DNA of 64,000 nucleotides, from contig CM052821.1 of assembly GCA_028534125.1 (NCBI GenBank), positions 55,304,001 through 55,368,000 on the forward strand, in the 5' to 3' direction. The first letter of the stretch is position 1, and each line of letters starts with the position of its first letter. The notes beneath the pieces were generated by a model. That model saw nothing but the letters and a program-made list of their open reading frames with translations, had not been told where the DNA came from and did not search any database. Below, in pieces: positions 11,096-22,310 of the stretch. This stretch comes from Lama glama (Eukaryota). The position numbers were made by a program, and so were the translations under genes.

Positions 11096-12098
11096 CTGCA
11101 CAAGAAAAGGGGGAGACTTCCACCATCCGGAAACTTCTGCCTGGGAGGAACGTGCTCAAAGGCTGACACACAGTCTGGCAGGCAGACTCCCCACAGCCTG
11201 GGGACATCTGCGCCTCCAGACAGGACCCGGCTCAGCCTGCTTATGGAGAACACAGCTGTCCGTGTGGGACGGGAGGGGTGCAGGAGCCAGGCCAGGGGAC
11301 ACATGTCTGCACCCTGGCCCAGCCCAGATGGGCAGCTGGGGGTGCCACAGGCAACCCTCCCATCTCTGCGATGGGTGCCACTAACGGGCCACTGTTTGCG
11401 AAAGCTTGGGAAGCTAGGAAGGTGACAGCGAGTAGAGAACATGTCCACGGTGGCAGGACTCTGGGAAGGTCTCAGCCGGATCCTCAGGCTCAGGAAGACG
11501 TGCACGTGGAACACGACAGCTGCTTATTCCCAGAACCAGACGTCAGATGAGTCTGGACTCCAGAAGCACTTAAGAATCACAAGTGGCCCCTCAAGCGTGT
11601 GGGTGTCCCGTAAGCACGCCTGGTGTTACCTGGCTGTGAACCCGAGAAACCCGGCGTGGCTCAGCAAGCACTGAGTGCGCCCTGCCGGAGCGCCACCTGC
11701 CTATCTCGGGTGGCTGCACCTCGTGGTGTCCCACAGCCCCCTTCTGGGGCCTGAGTGCTACTGCTCACCCACCCGTATCCTACTCTGTACCCCAGAGCCC
11801 TGAGTGTGCAACTGTGGCTCAAGACAGCTTTGCTAAAAGAAACTGTGACGGTGGGACACACAGATGGACCAAGACCAGTTCCTGGCTCCGGGAGCTGACA
11901 TCCAGAAAGGGGGTGAGGTGCGGACTCTGGTGACCTCAGCATAAGGAGGAACAGGAGGCCCAAGTTCAGGGGGGCCCAGGAAGCACTTCCCCAAATCCAC
12001 ACGGGCCTGGCGGGTCCTGGCACACGGAGGGGCCCCTCCGTTCTCCCACAGGCCCAGTGGAGGGGTCTCTTCTGAAGAGGGTACAGGCGCCAGCTCAC

Positions 12099-12284
12099 CT
12101 GGTCCATGCCATAGTCCAAGGTCATGACTGCCAGGTACTTGATGTCTTTGCCCTCCTTGGCGCTCTTCAGTTCTACCAACAGGTGGTGCCACGCCCCATC
12201 GGTCACGCGTGACCTGGACAGTCGCATGGACACCACATCAGAGGGGCCGTGGGACACCTCAAACTGGACATAGTTGTTCAGGAT
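12099..12284 (-). CDS. CELSR1: CELSR1 exon 10 (186 nt): LamG2
   Basis: Acceptor tacag|ATCCTG, donor CCAG|gtgagc; ILNNYVQFEVSHGPSD...VTDGAWHHLLVELK...TLDYGMDQ. Confidence 0.94.
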
Positions 12285-12443
12285 CTGTAGGACAGGGAGA
12301 GCTACACTGGTGACTGAGGTGATGACAACAAAATAAAATAACAAAGCCATGCAAACAGACGCACTGGATCAAAACGGACCTAAAAATTAGGCAAAGTTTG
12401 ATTTGTGGCTGTTGGCTGTAACACTCCTCAGAATTACATGCCT

Positions 12444-12531
12444 GTGGGGGGAGGGTAATAGCTCAGTGGTACAGCAGATGCTTAGCATGTACGAGGTCCT
12501 GGGTTCAGTCCCCAGTATCTCCATTAAAAAA
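12444..12531 (+). mobile_element. tRNA-Ala(AGC)-derived SINE (short form)
   Basis: ggggagggtaatagctcagtggt...cttagcatgtacgaggtcctgggttcagtccccag plus A tail; 12-bp TSD aattacatgcct at 12432-12443 and 12532-12543. Confidence 0.88.
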
Positions 12532-13450
12532 AATTACATGCCTTTTTCTACGGTAAGAAGTGTCAAACGGTGACAGAGTTCAAGTCAGATGAAGCCCATT
12601 AGACTTGAGTATGTGGAACAACCACAGATTCAGGTGACTGTATTAAGCTCTTATTTGGGGTATGAATGTCACACTTTATGAGACAAGATTCAGGCCACCA
12701 TGTTCAGATATATGTATGAAAAAACCAAAAATCAGCATAGCAACTGGCCTAAGATGTTCTTGCTTTAAGAAAATGTAACCAGGGCAATGCTGAGATCACG
12801 TCTCCCTTTCCCCAGTGGAGGCCTGGGTAGTTTGGACCAACCCTCCTCCTGAGAACACCTAGAAAAATGAGACAAAATGTTGCAGCCCACCTGTCTAAGG
12901 CATCAGAGTGACTCAAGTCACTGCAAGTTAGAAAATAGAAATCTGCAGAAAGGAGCTTAGGGCTTTGCCATACAATTGTCAGCTGGTTCTGGAAGGCACA
13001 GCTGAGACTGAAAGATGAGCAAAGCTTTCTCGGCTCATGGTGCTGGGAGGATAGAAACTGGAATTCAGAGCTTGCCCAGGGTGGGAGCTGCCAACCAGAA
13101 GCAGACATGAGGGATAATGACACCATCATCCTAGTTTCGAATTCTCTCTAGTTTTTCTACATGATGTCCAGCACTCAATCAAAAATAACCAAGTACCTGA
13201 GGAGACAAGAAAGCATACTTGAAACAGACCCATGGGAATCCAGACCATAGAATCATCAGACACAGACCTGAAAATAATCATGGGAACCATAGACCTTTCA
13301 ATGAAACAGATTCAGGTGACCAATATTTCTGGATGTAAATGTTCCATTTCATGAGATAAGATTCAAGCTACCATGTTTAAATACATGTGAGAAATATGAA
13401 AAAACAGCATTGCAACTAACCTAAGATACTCATGTTAATAGATAACTTCA

Positions 13451-13617
13451 GGGGGGAAGGTATAGCTCAGTGGTAGAGTGTGTGCCTAGCATGCATGAGG
13501 CCCAGGGTTCAGTCCCCAGTACTGCCATTTAAAATCAATCAATCAATCAATCAACCTGATTACCTCCCCTAACTAAATAAATAAATAAAAATTTAAAAAA
13601 TTTTTAAAGAAGAAAAA
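13451..13617 (+). mobile_element. tRNA-Ala(AGC)-derived SINE (long form, with (AATC)n and AT-rich tail)
   Basis: A box tagctcagtgg, B-box-like gggttcagtcc, (aatc)n tract; 11-bp TSD agataacttca at 13440-13450 and 13618-13628. Confidence 0.88.
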
Positions 13618-13629
13618 AGATAACTTCAA

Positions 13630-14380
13630 TGAAAAGAGCAGATTTAAAAAAAACTATTAGTGTACTGCTTAAAAGAGAGGCACCTGAAATATAACAAAAC
13701 AGAAACATTGAAAGAAAAAAGATAGAAAAAGATAAACACCAACAAAAAGCTGGTGTAGCTATATTAATATGAGACAAACTAGACTTTGAGGCAAAAATAA
13801 GTACTAAAGATAAAGAGGACTTTTGTCATGATAACAGAGTCAATATTCCAGAAAAATAAAACAACTCTAAATTTGTATGTGCCTAATAACATAGCCTCAA
13901 AATCTACAAAGCAAAAATTGACAGATATAAAGGAAGAGATAAAGCCACAATCAAGACTGGAGATTTTTAACTCACTTCTCTCAGTAACTGAGCAAACAGA
14001 CAAAAAAAAAAAAAAAATCAACGATCCAGAAGATTTGAATGCCACGCGAACAAACATCACCTGCTTGACATATATCGAACACCACAGGACACAACTGCAG
14101 GGCATACATTCTTTCCAAGTACAGGTGGGACATTCACATAAAAGACTAAATGCTGGGCTGTAAAGCAAGTCTCAACACATCTCACAGGTCTGAAATCATA
14201 CAGGGTACCATTCTCTGACCTACAATTATGCTAGAAACAATAATAAAATGATTTACCAGAAAATGCCACCTGTTTGCTAATTGAAAAATATACTTGTAAA
14301 TGCCTGATGGGTCAAAGAAGAAATCATGATGGAAAACAGAAAATATATTTAACTGATTATACAGATAATGCAACTAATAA
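13630..14380 (+). mobile_element. Degenerate L1 ORF2 endonuclease-region fragment
   Basis: A-rich; ORF 13828-14163 MITESIFQKNKTTLNLYVPNNIASKSTKQKL resembles the L1 ORF2 EN segment (ITILNIYAPN); aaagctggtgtagctatattaata lies upstream. Confidence 0.8.
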
Positions 14381-15384
14381 TGTACTTTGATTTTCAGTAT
14401 GAATCGATAGTTGAAGAAGGTAATTTTTCACCTTTGTACATTTTGTTTCCTTTCGTTCCCCAGAAGTCTAAGTCAACTCATTACCTTTCCTCGCCGTTCC
14501 ATTCTCTTTCACTGTCCTTGCTAACAAAACCCCACAGCCAGCAGATCAACAATGAGGTGACGGATGTCTCCAAACAAAAGCAGTGCCTGCGGAACGATCC
14601 CAGGACGGTGGCAGTACCTGCCACCTGTGATCTGTCACCGGATTTAACAGCAGCCAGCTTATCCCACTTGACAATGCAGGTGGACGTAGGGCGCCTGAGA
14701 GCAATTTCCCAAATTGCTTGGGCTGGAGGATGAGCCTGTGGCTTGTGTGGCCTGCCGTGGAGGCCAGGAACACCTCGACTGCTGCCCCAGAGCTCGCGGG
14801 CCCGTGGGAGGCCTGCATTCCACACGCATCGTGTGGGAATAACCCGGAACACTCCTGCAACCCTGGCTGGCCAGCCTGTGGGAACTGCCCTGGGGCGGCC
14901 TTCTGGGTGGCCACTGGGGTCTGGAGGATCCTCCCAAGGTCACCACTCCTGCCACCCAGCCTTCCTCAGGGAGGGGCTGGCCATAGTCCCTGGCAAAAAA
15001 ACTTCATTTTTGGGTTAGCTACCCATAACGCAATTACTCAAACAATACGGGAGTTTGTGGCTTCTGGGGCTGTTCCTGCGGACAGCGTACTTTTTCCTAC
15101 AGAGACCCCACTGCCAAATGACAACTGCCACATTCTAATTCATCACCTCAATCAGCCAATTTAATTTGCCCCAACGGTGAAACACCACAGAGGAAAACAC
15201 CACCCCAGGCAGAGCTGCGCTTGCCAAGTGCTGGCCAGAGCCAGCTCCAGGGCCGCCTGGTAAACTCGTAAAATTGCTGGTTAATAAGGGAAAGACAATG
15301 ACAGCTGTAATTATCCCGGACTCACAAACCGCCTTCAGTGCGACCTGAGCGAGCCTGTGCTGGAAACAATCCTCAACGGTGACT

Positions 15385-15478
15385 CGGGGAAGGGACAGGT
15401 GGAGGTGAGGGACACGTGGGAGGTGGGGGGACAGGAGCGAGGTGGGGAGGCGGGTGGGAGGTGGGGGACAGGTGGGCG
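15385..15478. repeat. Degenerate G-rich tandem repeat (gggacaggtgggaggtgg-like)
   Basis: About 5 imperfect units of 17-18 bp. Confidence 0.6.
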
Positions 15479-16240
15479 CAGAGAAGGAGACACCCCCAGG
15501 CTCTGAGCCCCCAGTCCCTGCCGGAGCAGAGTCAGTCAGGCCTCTCTGGGACCCTGTCTTGATCTGTGAGTCTGCAGCCTCCCAACCTGCTCGCCGGGAG
15601 CCCTCGGAGTCCTGCCCCGCTGACTCCTGACAGTGCGCTCACGGGGCGTGGGCAGTGCTCTGTCCCCTCCCTGTCCGGTCCTGTCACATGGAAGCATTTC
15701 CAGATGCACAGCCCACAGGGACGACGGGAGAGGGTCCTGTGGACACGGCAGGACCTGGGCGACGATGAGCCAGGGGACCTGGAGCTCGGAGTTTCTGGCT
15801 TCACAAGGGATTGCACCCCCGACCGTCTGGCCCAGCGCAGCCTCCCTGTCTGGGAATGGAGTCCACTCTGCGCTGGCCAGAGCACCAGGTCAGTCCCAGG
15901 GCCCCGGGGAGAGAAGAGATGGCACACAGCTCGGTGCGGACACAGGGCTACAGCAGAGGGGACCGGAGCTAGCTCTGGGAGGAACTTTCTGATGGTGGGA
16001 GCCCATCCACCTGAAGCAGGTGGTCCTGGGATGACAGTGGCAGGTTCCAGTGAGGCCTGGCCCGGAGGCAAAAGAGGAGGCGGGCAGAGGGGCAGAACGT
16101 CCCGGGGGTGAAGGGTGCAGGGAGGGGCCAGGGGCCGCGCTGGCTGAAGACGACAAACGGCCTGCGAAGGAAGCCTGCCCTGCTCCCCGAGACGGTGTGC
16201 GCACAGGTCCGCCGAGTCCACGCGGTCACGGACATATGTG

Positions 16241-16284
16241 TACACACACACACACACACACACATACACACACACACACACACA
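16241..16284. repeat. (CA)n microsatellite with one TA interruption
   Basis: Directly visible in sequence. Confidence 0.95.
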
Positions 16285-17315
16285 GACTTGCAGGAAAGCC
16301 TGAAGGAAAGATAGGAAAAACAGCCCAGGGATGGAATCCTGCAAACCAAGACAGGGCGTCCTGCTTGGGCAAGACTCCCACAGGCCACTGCTGCATCCGG
16401 GGGCGGGTTAGGGGACAAGCCCATCTGAGAAGAGTCATCAGTGGACTTCCCAGGAGGGAGAACCCTCTGGTGTGGCTTCCTGGATCAGAGCGGGCAGCGT
16501 TCACACAGAAACATCCCGTCTGTGGTCACTGCCTGGAGACGTGAGGACAGAGGACCAGCTCTCGGCGCAGGGCCTGGCCGGGCAAGCCTGCACCCACGCC
16601 TGGGAGGTCCCCGCCTGTGTTCGTGAAACCGCACCTCCTGGACCCTCCAGCATCTCAGGACCCCAGGCTGACAGCGAGGGCAGGAATTCCTCCAATTGCC
16701 TCCAGCGAGGACAGTGGGAGGTGGGGGGCAGCCTGATGGAAGACCTGGCGTGGGTCACAAATCAAAGTAGCACACTTACTTCCTCAAATGAAATGCCTGC
16801 AAGCTGGGAAGGGGCAAGGGGAGACCGGCTGGGACAGAAGAGAAACCCGGACAGAGAGCACCAGAATAAGCCCGTGCAACCCGCAGGAACTCCGCTCTCA
16901 CGCAGCGTCTTCAACACACGGAACCGCAGAGACCAGAGAGGAGAACACACGCATGGTGATGCGATTTTAGGAAGATTTTTAGGAAACTTGTAGCTGAGCA
17001 TGACCTCTGGGCAATACGGGCACAGGAGCAGGAATCTCCACCGGTCGGCGAGGCCTGCTGTTCCCACCCGGAGGTGCTCACCACCCCACCGCCCGGAGGC
17101 CGGGGCTGCCGCCCGCAGCACAGCAGGGCTGAGGTTCGCTGCGGAGGAGCGGGGCCCCCAGCCCGCCCAGCCCCGAACTTACTCCATCTCTGGGAGTAAA
17201 GGAGAGAGAAGTGAGAGGCTCGGGGGGGCCAGGCTCCCGTGTGGCACTCTGCTTGCTTCACTCAGGTGCACACCTGCCGTGCAGGTGCCCGGGGTGGGAC
17301 ATGGATCTCGCTCAC

Positions 17316-17482
17316 CTGGAGATGGAGCCTGGAGGACACGCCCGCCGTGGCCTCCAGCAGCACGCCGTCCTCCTTTCTGGTCCGGAACATGAGCCCCAGG
17401 TACCAGGGAACGGAGATGGTGACGTCCAGGTCGCTCCAGGACACGACACTCTCCCCGCTGAAGCGCTGGGGGTGGGGCATGA
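17316..17482 (-). CDS. CELSR1: CELSR1 exon 9 (167 nt): LamG2
   Basis: Acceptor cacag|TCATG, donor CCAG|gtgagc; VMPHPQRFSGESVVSWSDL...WYLGLMFRTRKEDG...RLHLQ. Confidence 0.94.
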
Positions 17483-17547
17483 CTGTGGGCACAGACGCCG
17501 AGACCGCTCAGAGTCACACGGGCCCCTGAGAGTCCTCCTCAGCTGCA

Positions 17548-17596
17548 GGGGAGGGGGGCAGGCTCCCGGGGAGGGGGGCAGGCTCCCGGGGAGGGG
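17548..17596. repeat. 20-bp tandem repeat x2.4 (ggggaggggggcaggctccc)
   Basis: Two exact copies plus a partial third. Confidence 0.9.
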
Positions 17597-19747
17597 ACGG
17601 AAGGAACCCTGGGCCTTTGTCATCTGAATGCAAAGGAGGGTCTCAGGCTTCCACTGGTGGGCGCTAGCTCTCTGAATCCAGGAGCCACAGCTCTGCAGAA
17701 GCCCACACCCCCCAGGACACTGGCCACCCTCCTGGGGAGTGAGGCTGAGGCCTGGGGGGTCTCAACCACAGCCAGTGTACGGTCAGGGGCTCTTAGGCTG
17801 GGTGGCAGGCAGAGTGGGACACCTCAGGAGACTGGGGTGCTGGGGGGCCCTGTGAGCCCAGCCTATCTGTCCCAGCCCACACCTGCTGGGCTGAGGGCCC
17901 TGGGGCCTGGCAGGGGCTGTTCTGAGCGCCATCCCCCAGTGGGACAGGGTGAGGCGGCTGTGCACCCTGCACACGCACCTCAACCCTGCAGCCTGACTGG
18001 CCTCAGCTGGTGTCTGGGGTGAATTTGCAACCCCCAGGCTCATGGGCCACTGTTTCTCTGCTCCTGGTGATGGCACAGAGATGGAAAGGCTGCTGGAGGC
18101 TCCCAGATGGTTTGGGGGGAACAGGGAAGTGGCAATGGGGGGATCTGCAGCCTCAACCAGTCTGTCACACTTGGAAAAGGCCTGGGTGCCAGACAGACCC
18201 GCAGGCAGGCCTGATGCTGAGTCAAACTAGCTTCCTCATTTTGCCTCCAGACACCTGCGCATCGCAGGCAGCTGTCCACCCCAGGACCTCACCCTAATCG
18301 CTCCAGATGAGACTGCACGGTCATCACAACGAGGTGTGAGAGGCCAGACCAGCAGCACAGGGCATGCCAGGTGGGGCTGCCTTCGGGGGCAACAGCCTTG
18401 TGAGCACCAGGCATCTGTTTCCTGCTCTTAGGAGCCCAGACCTGTTTTTCCTGGCACTGTCGAAGCCGGACCTGGGGCCTCCATAACAGGAACCCGGGGG
18501 CATGGGCAGCCCCGCCGGCACTGTGTCCACCCAGGCGTGCCGCCCCTCCCTGTGACCCGAGCTTCCTGCACATGGTGGTCAGCCGGGGCTGGGCCTGAGC
18601 AGTCCACAGGGCCCGGATGAGCCCGCCCACCTGCTGCCCGGAAAACAGAACTTCATGCCTTGAAAGTGCACGGTGCTTTGTACACAAAGAATCAGGCCCT
18701 GCCCGGTAAGTCCGCCCCGACAGGGATCGTGGCTATAACACAGTTCCATGTCACGTGCCTCGGCCCCGGCAGTAACAGCCCTGGGCAGGGTGGACTGCCT
18801 GGCGCAGGTGAGCCCCGCCTGCTGGCTCCACCCCGTCCCTCTGCCCCGACCCAACGCTGCTCTCCTCCAGAACATTCTGTCCCAGTTCCCACCTATTTCT
18901 GCTTCATCGACTCCTTTGAGAATCGGAGGAAAGTCGTGGACACCATCCCCCTAAAAGAGTCACACTGGAACCCCCAGCCCACCCCGTGGGGCGAGGGGCC
19001 GCGGTGAGGGGCGTCTGACTTCTACAGAGAGGCCGTGGGCTGGGGCCAGAGGGCGGCTCCAGGCAGCACTTCTCCTGGCCATCAACTTGCTACTGAGCTC
19101 CGGGCATCTCCAAGGCGGACCCAGGGAGCACGCCCAAGCTTATCTGGCTTCGATCTACCCCTTTTGGCTTACCTTAAACTTAAAGAGCGTCAATGATTTT
19201 TAAAATGATGACTCTTATTTAACACTGCATTGCTTCAAAAGGAGCGAACTGTTTAAAACCTGCCAGAGTCTATAACTGCAAGGGCGGGGCTGGGGAGAGG
19301 CCCTGCCTTTGATGCCCACAACACGGTCCAGCAGGGAAGCAGCCAGCTGGAGGAACCCCCGGGGCGGTGAGAAGGGGCATGGGGGTGTCGGGCCTGGGAA
19401 CCTGCCCCTTCAGGCCTCGGGGTGCCTGTGAAGCTGGCTGCCGCCACCAAGAGACCCAGCCAGGCCCCACCTCCCTTCTCTGACCCTCCTGAGCTCCCAA
19501 CGTCACGCTGGCCCTGCTCAGACAGGGTGCTGTGTCCTGCACACCCATCCTGGAGCCCCCAACCCCGCTCCAACATCCCCCGCCCTGGTGCCCCCAGGAA
19601 CCTTCTTAGCCTCACCCCAGCCCAGGTCCTGTGCCTGCTCCCACTCGCCACCGGACCCAGGCCTGGGGACACACGTGCCCTTGGAGGCTGCGGGCCCTGG
19701 CAGTTAAGGCCCACCCGAGTGGCCCCGGCCCTGACGCCAGGCCTCAC

Positions 19748-19873
19748 CTTGCTCACAGTTCTTCCCGCCAAAGCGGAGCGGGCACTCACAGACATACGTG
19801 TTCCAGCCGCTGACACAGGTGCCCCCGTTCTGACACCAGCTCCCCTCGCAGAAGTTCCTCTGGGCAGTGCAGC
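19748..19873 (-). CDS. CELSR1: CELSR1 exon 8 (126 nt): EGF4
   Basis: Acceptor tccag|GCTGC, donor CAAG|gtgagg; GCTAQRNFCEGSWCQNGGTCVSGWNTYVCECPLRFGGKNCEQ. Confidence 0.95.
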
Positions 19874-20346
19874 CTGGAAACAGCGTGCGTGGCATGGTCC
19901 CGGTGCGGGGAACAGGGGCAGGTGGGGGTGCGGGGCACTGCCACTGTGTCCTAGCACCCACGCTGTGGGAAACGTGCCCGGTGGACACAGCGGGAGGGCA
20001 GGCAGGCAGGCCCGGGACCCCCGGAGCATCAGAACATGAGACCTGAACTTGCACGAGGCGTGCTGCCCACGTCCAGAGACTCTGGGGCTCCGGGCCATCC
20101 ACCAGCTGCCCAGGCCATCTGGTGACCTGCTCAAGGCCATGGGACCGAGTGACCAGGTCCGGCCGGGCCCGCCCACAGCTTCACCACCACCCAGCAGGAC
20201 CCCAGACACAAGAGCAGCTGGGCGCACATGGGCTTGGCCCCAGGAAGTCACTGCCCAGGACGTGGAGGCGGCCCTCCCGCGCGGCCGCCGCAGCCCCCAC
20301 AGCCCCCACAGCCCCCCCGCAGCCCTGGTGGGTGGCCCTGCCTTAC

Positions 20347-20510
20347 CTGCCCTGGTGCCATTGTTGGCAATGAAGCTGGCCATGTCCACCTTCCTGCCGT
20401 CAATGGACAGGTTCCGCATGCAGCCCACAAACTGCCGGTTGTGCACGGGGAAGTCCTCGGGCAGGTTGGGGACGCCCCCCAGGAGCAGAGGGCCCGTCAG
20501 ATCCAGGGAC
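20347..20510 (-). CDS. CELSR1: CELSR1 exon 7 (164 nt): end of LamG1
   Basis: Acceptor cacag|GTCCC, donor GCAG|gtaagg; SLDLTGPLLLGGVPNLPEDFPVHNRQFVGCMRNL...NNGTRA. Confidence 0.95.
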
Positions 20511-21581
20511 CTGTGGAGGCAGCACCACCCTCTGTGATGGCCGGGTGGGGAGGGGCGGCCTGACCCCACGGGGGCCTCTGCCGCTGGGCACGCTCGCCGT
20601 CTGAGCAGATGGAGGCCAGGCAGGCAGGTGGCCGGCAGGTCCGAACACACCCGGCAGATCCCACTCCTGGTGCCACCACTGGTTTCCCCCAGCTTGCGCC
20701 AGAGCCTGACAAACTGGACGTCCCGGGCGGCTGCCCCCGAGTCCTGCCCGCTGGCTGAGCCAGTCCACACGGGAACGGGACGTACAGAGCCAGTGGCGCC
20801 ACATTCCCCTGGCCTCTAATGACCTGCAAGGGAGGTCACAGCAAACCAGGACCCTGGATCTGTAGGAGCAGCCGCGTGGCTTCGGGCAGGGGCCGAGCGG
20901 CTCCAGGCCCAGCTGTCTTATCAGCAGGACGGGCGTGGTCCCACCTCCATCTCAGCTGGGGGATCCGACCAAACAGGCCTATTTCCCACCCAGTGCTCAG
21001 GGTGGACCAGGCTCATCGGACTGCGGTCTCCCAAAAGCTTATTAAATATCCCACCAAAACACAATCAAGAATGACTCGAACAAGAACCTTCGCTCTGAGG
21101 TTTGAAGCTGGTGTTACAAAAATAGAAACACGGCAATGGCCACTGAGGTCCATGTCAGCACCTCTCTGCCCTGAGTTAGGATGGGCCCCAGGGGACCTCT
21201 GGGCCAGAGGGTGACACGGCCACTGTGATAATGGAGGGAGGTCGCTGACTCAATGCTGAGTCATGGGGACCAGTACTTACGAGGACAAAGTCAGGGATGC
21301 ATGGAGACAGGCCTGGGGATGGGTGGCTTCCAGGGCCAGCAAGCTGGCCATCACATCCCTGGGGCTGGCCTGTCCACACTTTGGCAGTTGTGTCAAAGGG
21401 GACTTATTCTAGAAAGTTCTACTGTGTTGGAGGAAAGGGGACAGAATCTGACTCCAGGCAGATTGGGGCCACTGGGGTGCTGGGCCCAGAGTGCCACGTC
21501 GGGGACCCGCCCAGTGGAACCCCTTTTGGAGCAGTGGCTGTGGCGGGTGGACACGAGGGCCTCCCTTCCCGGGACACTCAC

Positions 21582-21739
21582 TTCTTGGAGCCGCTCTGAG
21601 TGCCCTGGGCTGCACAGCTGTAGTTGCCGACAAAGCTGCCAAAGCGCACGGCCACGGCCGTGTCACAGTCATCCACGGTCACCACCGCCACCTTCTCTCC
21701 GGACGGCCCGTGGGGCAGGCCCAGGCGGCCGATGTGGGG
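21582..21739 (-). CDS. CELSR1: CELSR1 exon 6 (158 nt): LamG1
   Basis: Acceptor cacag|CCCCAC, donor AAGAA|gtgagt; PHIGRLGLPHGPSGEKVAVVTVDDCD...GTQSGSKK. Confidence 0.95.
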
Positions 21740-21869
21740 CTGTGGGAGAGAACGCACCAGAGGCGTCAGCGGGTTCTCCAGCCCCAGCACACGCCCGCGC
21801 CCCGCCGGGGAGGAGGACACGTGTGGGGAGGAGCCCCCGGCCTCGTGGTCAGTTAGTCCCTGAACCAGC

Positions 21870-22310
21870 TGTACTGGGTCAACAGTGACGCCTCCAAGTT
21901 TATGTTTCTTCCCAGACCAGAACGTGACCTTATTTGGAAATAGGGTTTTGCAGGTGTAACTGGTTAGGGTGAGGTCATACCACGTAGCAGGGTGAACCCT
22001 TATCCAGCGTGACCGCTGTCCTTGTAAGACACAGAGACAGAGACACACAGGAAGGGTGTCGTGTGACAGCGGAGGCGGAGAGGATGCCCTGCAGTGATGC
22101 GGGCACAGGCACCAGCCAGGGGGCACCCAGGACCCGGCACCCCCAGCGTCTGGAGGAGATAAGGAGGACCCTTCCCTAGAGCCCGCGGGCAGCGAAGCCC
22201 TGCAGACTCCTCGGTTTCAGACTTCCAGCCTCCAGAACTGGAGGGGAATACATTTCTGTTGTTGCAAGCCCCCCCCCATTTGTGGTATTTGTTAACAGCA
22301 GCCAACACCA
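21870..22310 (+). mobile_element. MLT1-type (MaLR) solo LTR
   Basis: gtgaccttatttggaaatagggt...cagacttccagcctccagaactg...tttgtggtatttgttaacagcagcc hallmark segments. Confidence 0.85.

Noticed and set aside
11093-11098. NAGNAG acceptor CAG-GAG at exon 11 (also exon 15)
   Set aside because: Distal GAG acceptors are rarely used and there is no supporting evidence.
12444-12525. Possible tRNA-Ala genes (also 7904, 13451, 31443)
   Set aside because: A tails, TSDs and mutated B boxes or stems indicate SINE retrocopies.
19253-20770. 505-aa minus-strand ORF, the longest in the track
   Set aside because: It is exon 7 in frame plus GC-rich intron read-through. Intron 7 (473 nt) is not a multiple of 3, so exon 8 is read out of frame, and the flanking sequence is low-complexity G/A/R/P.
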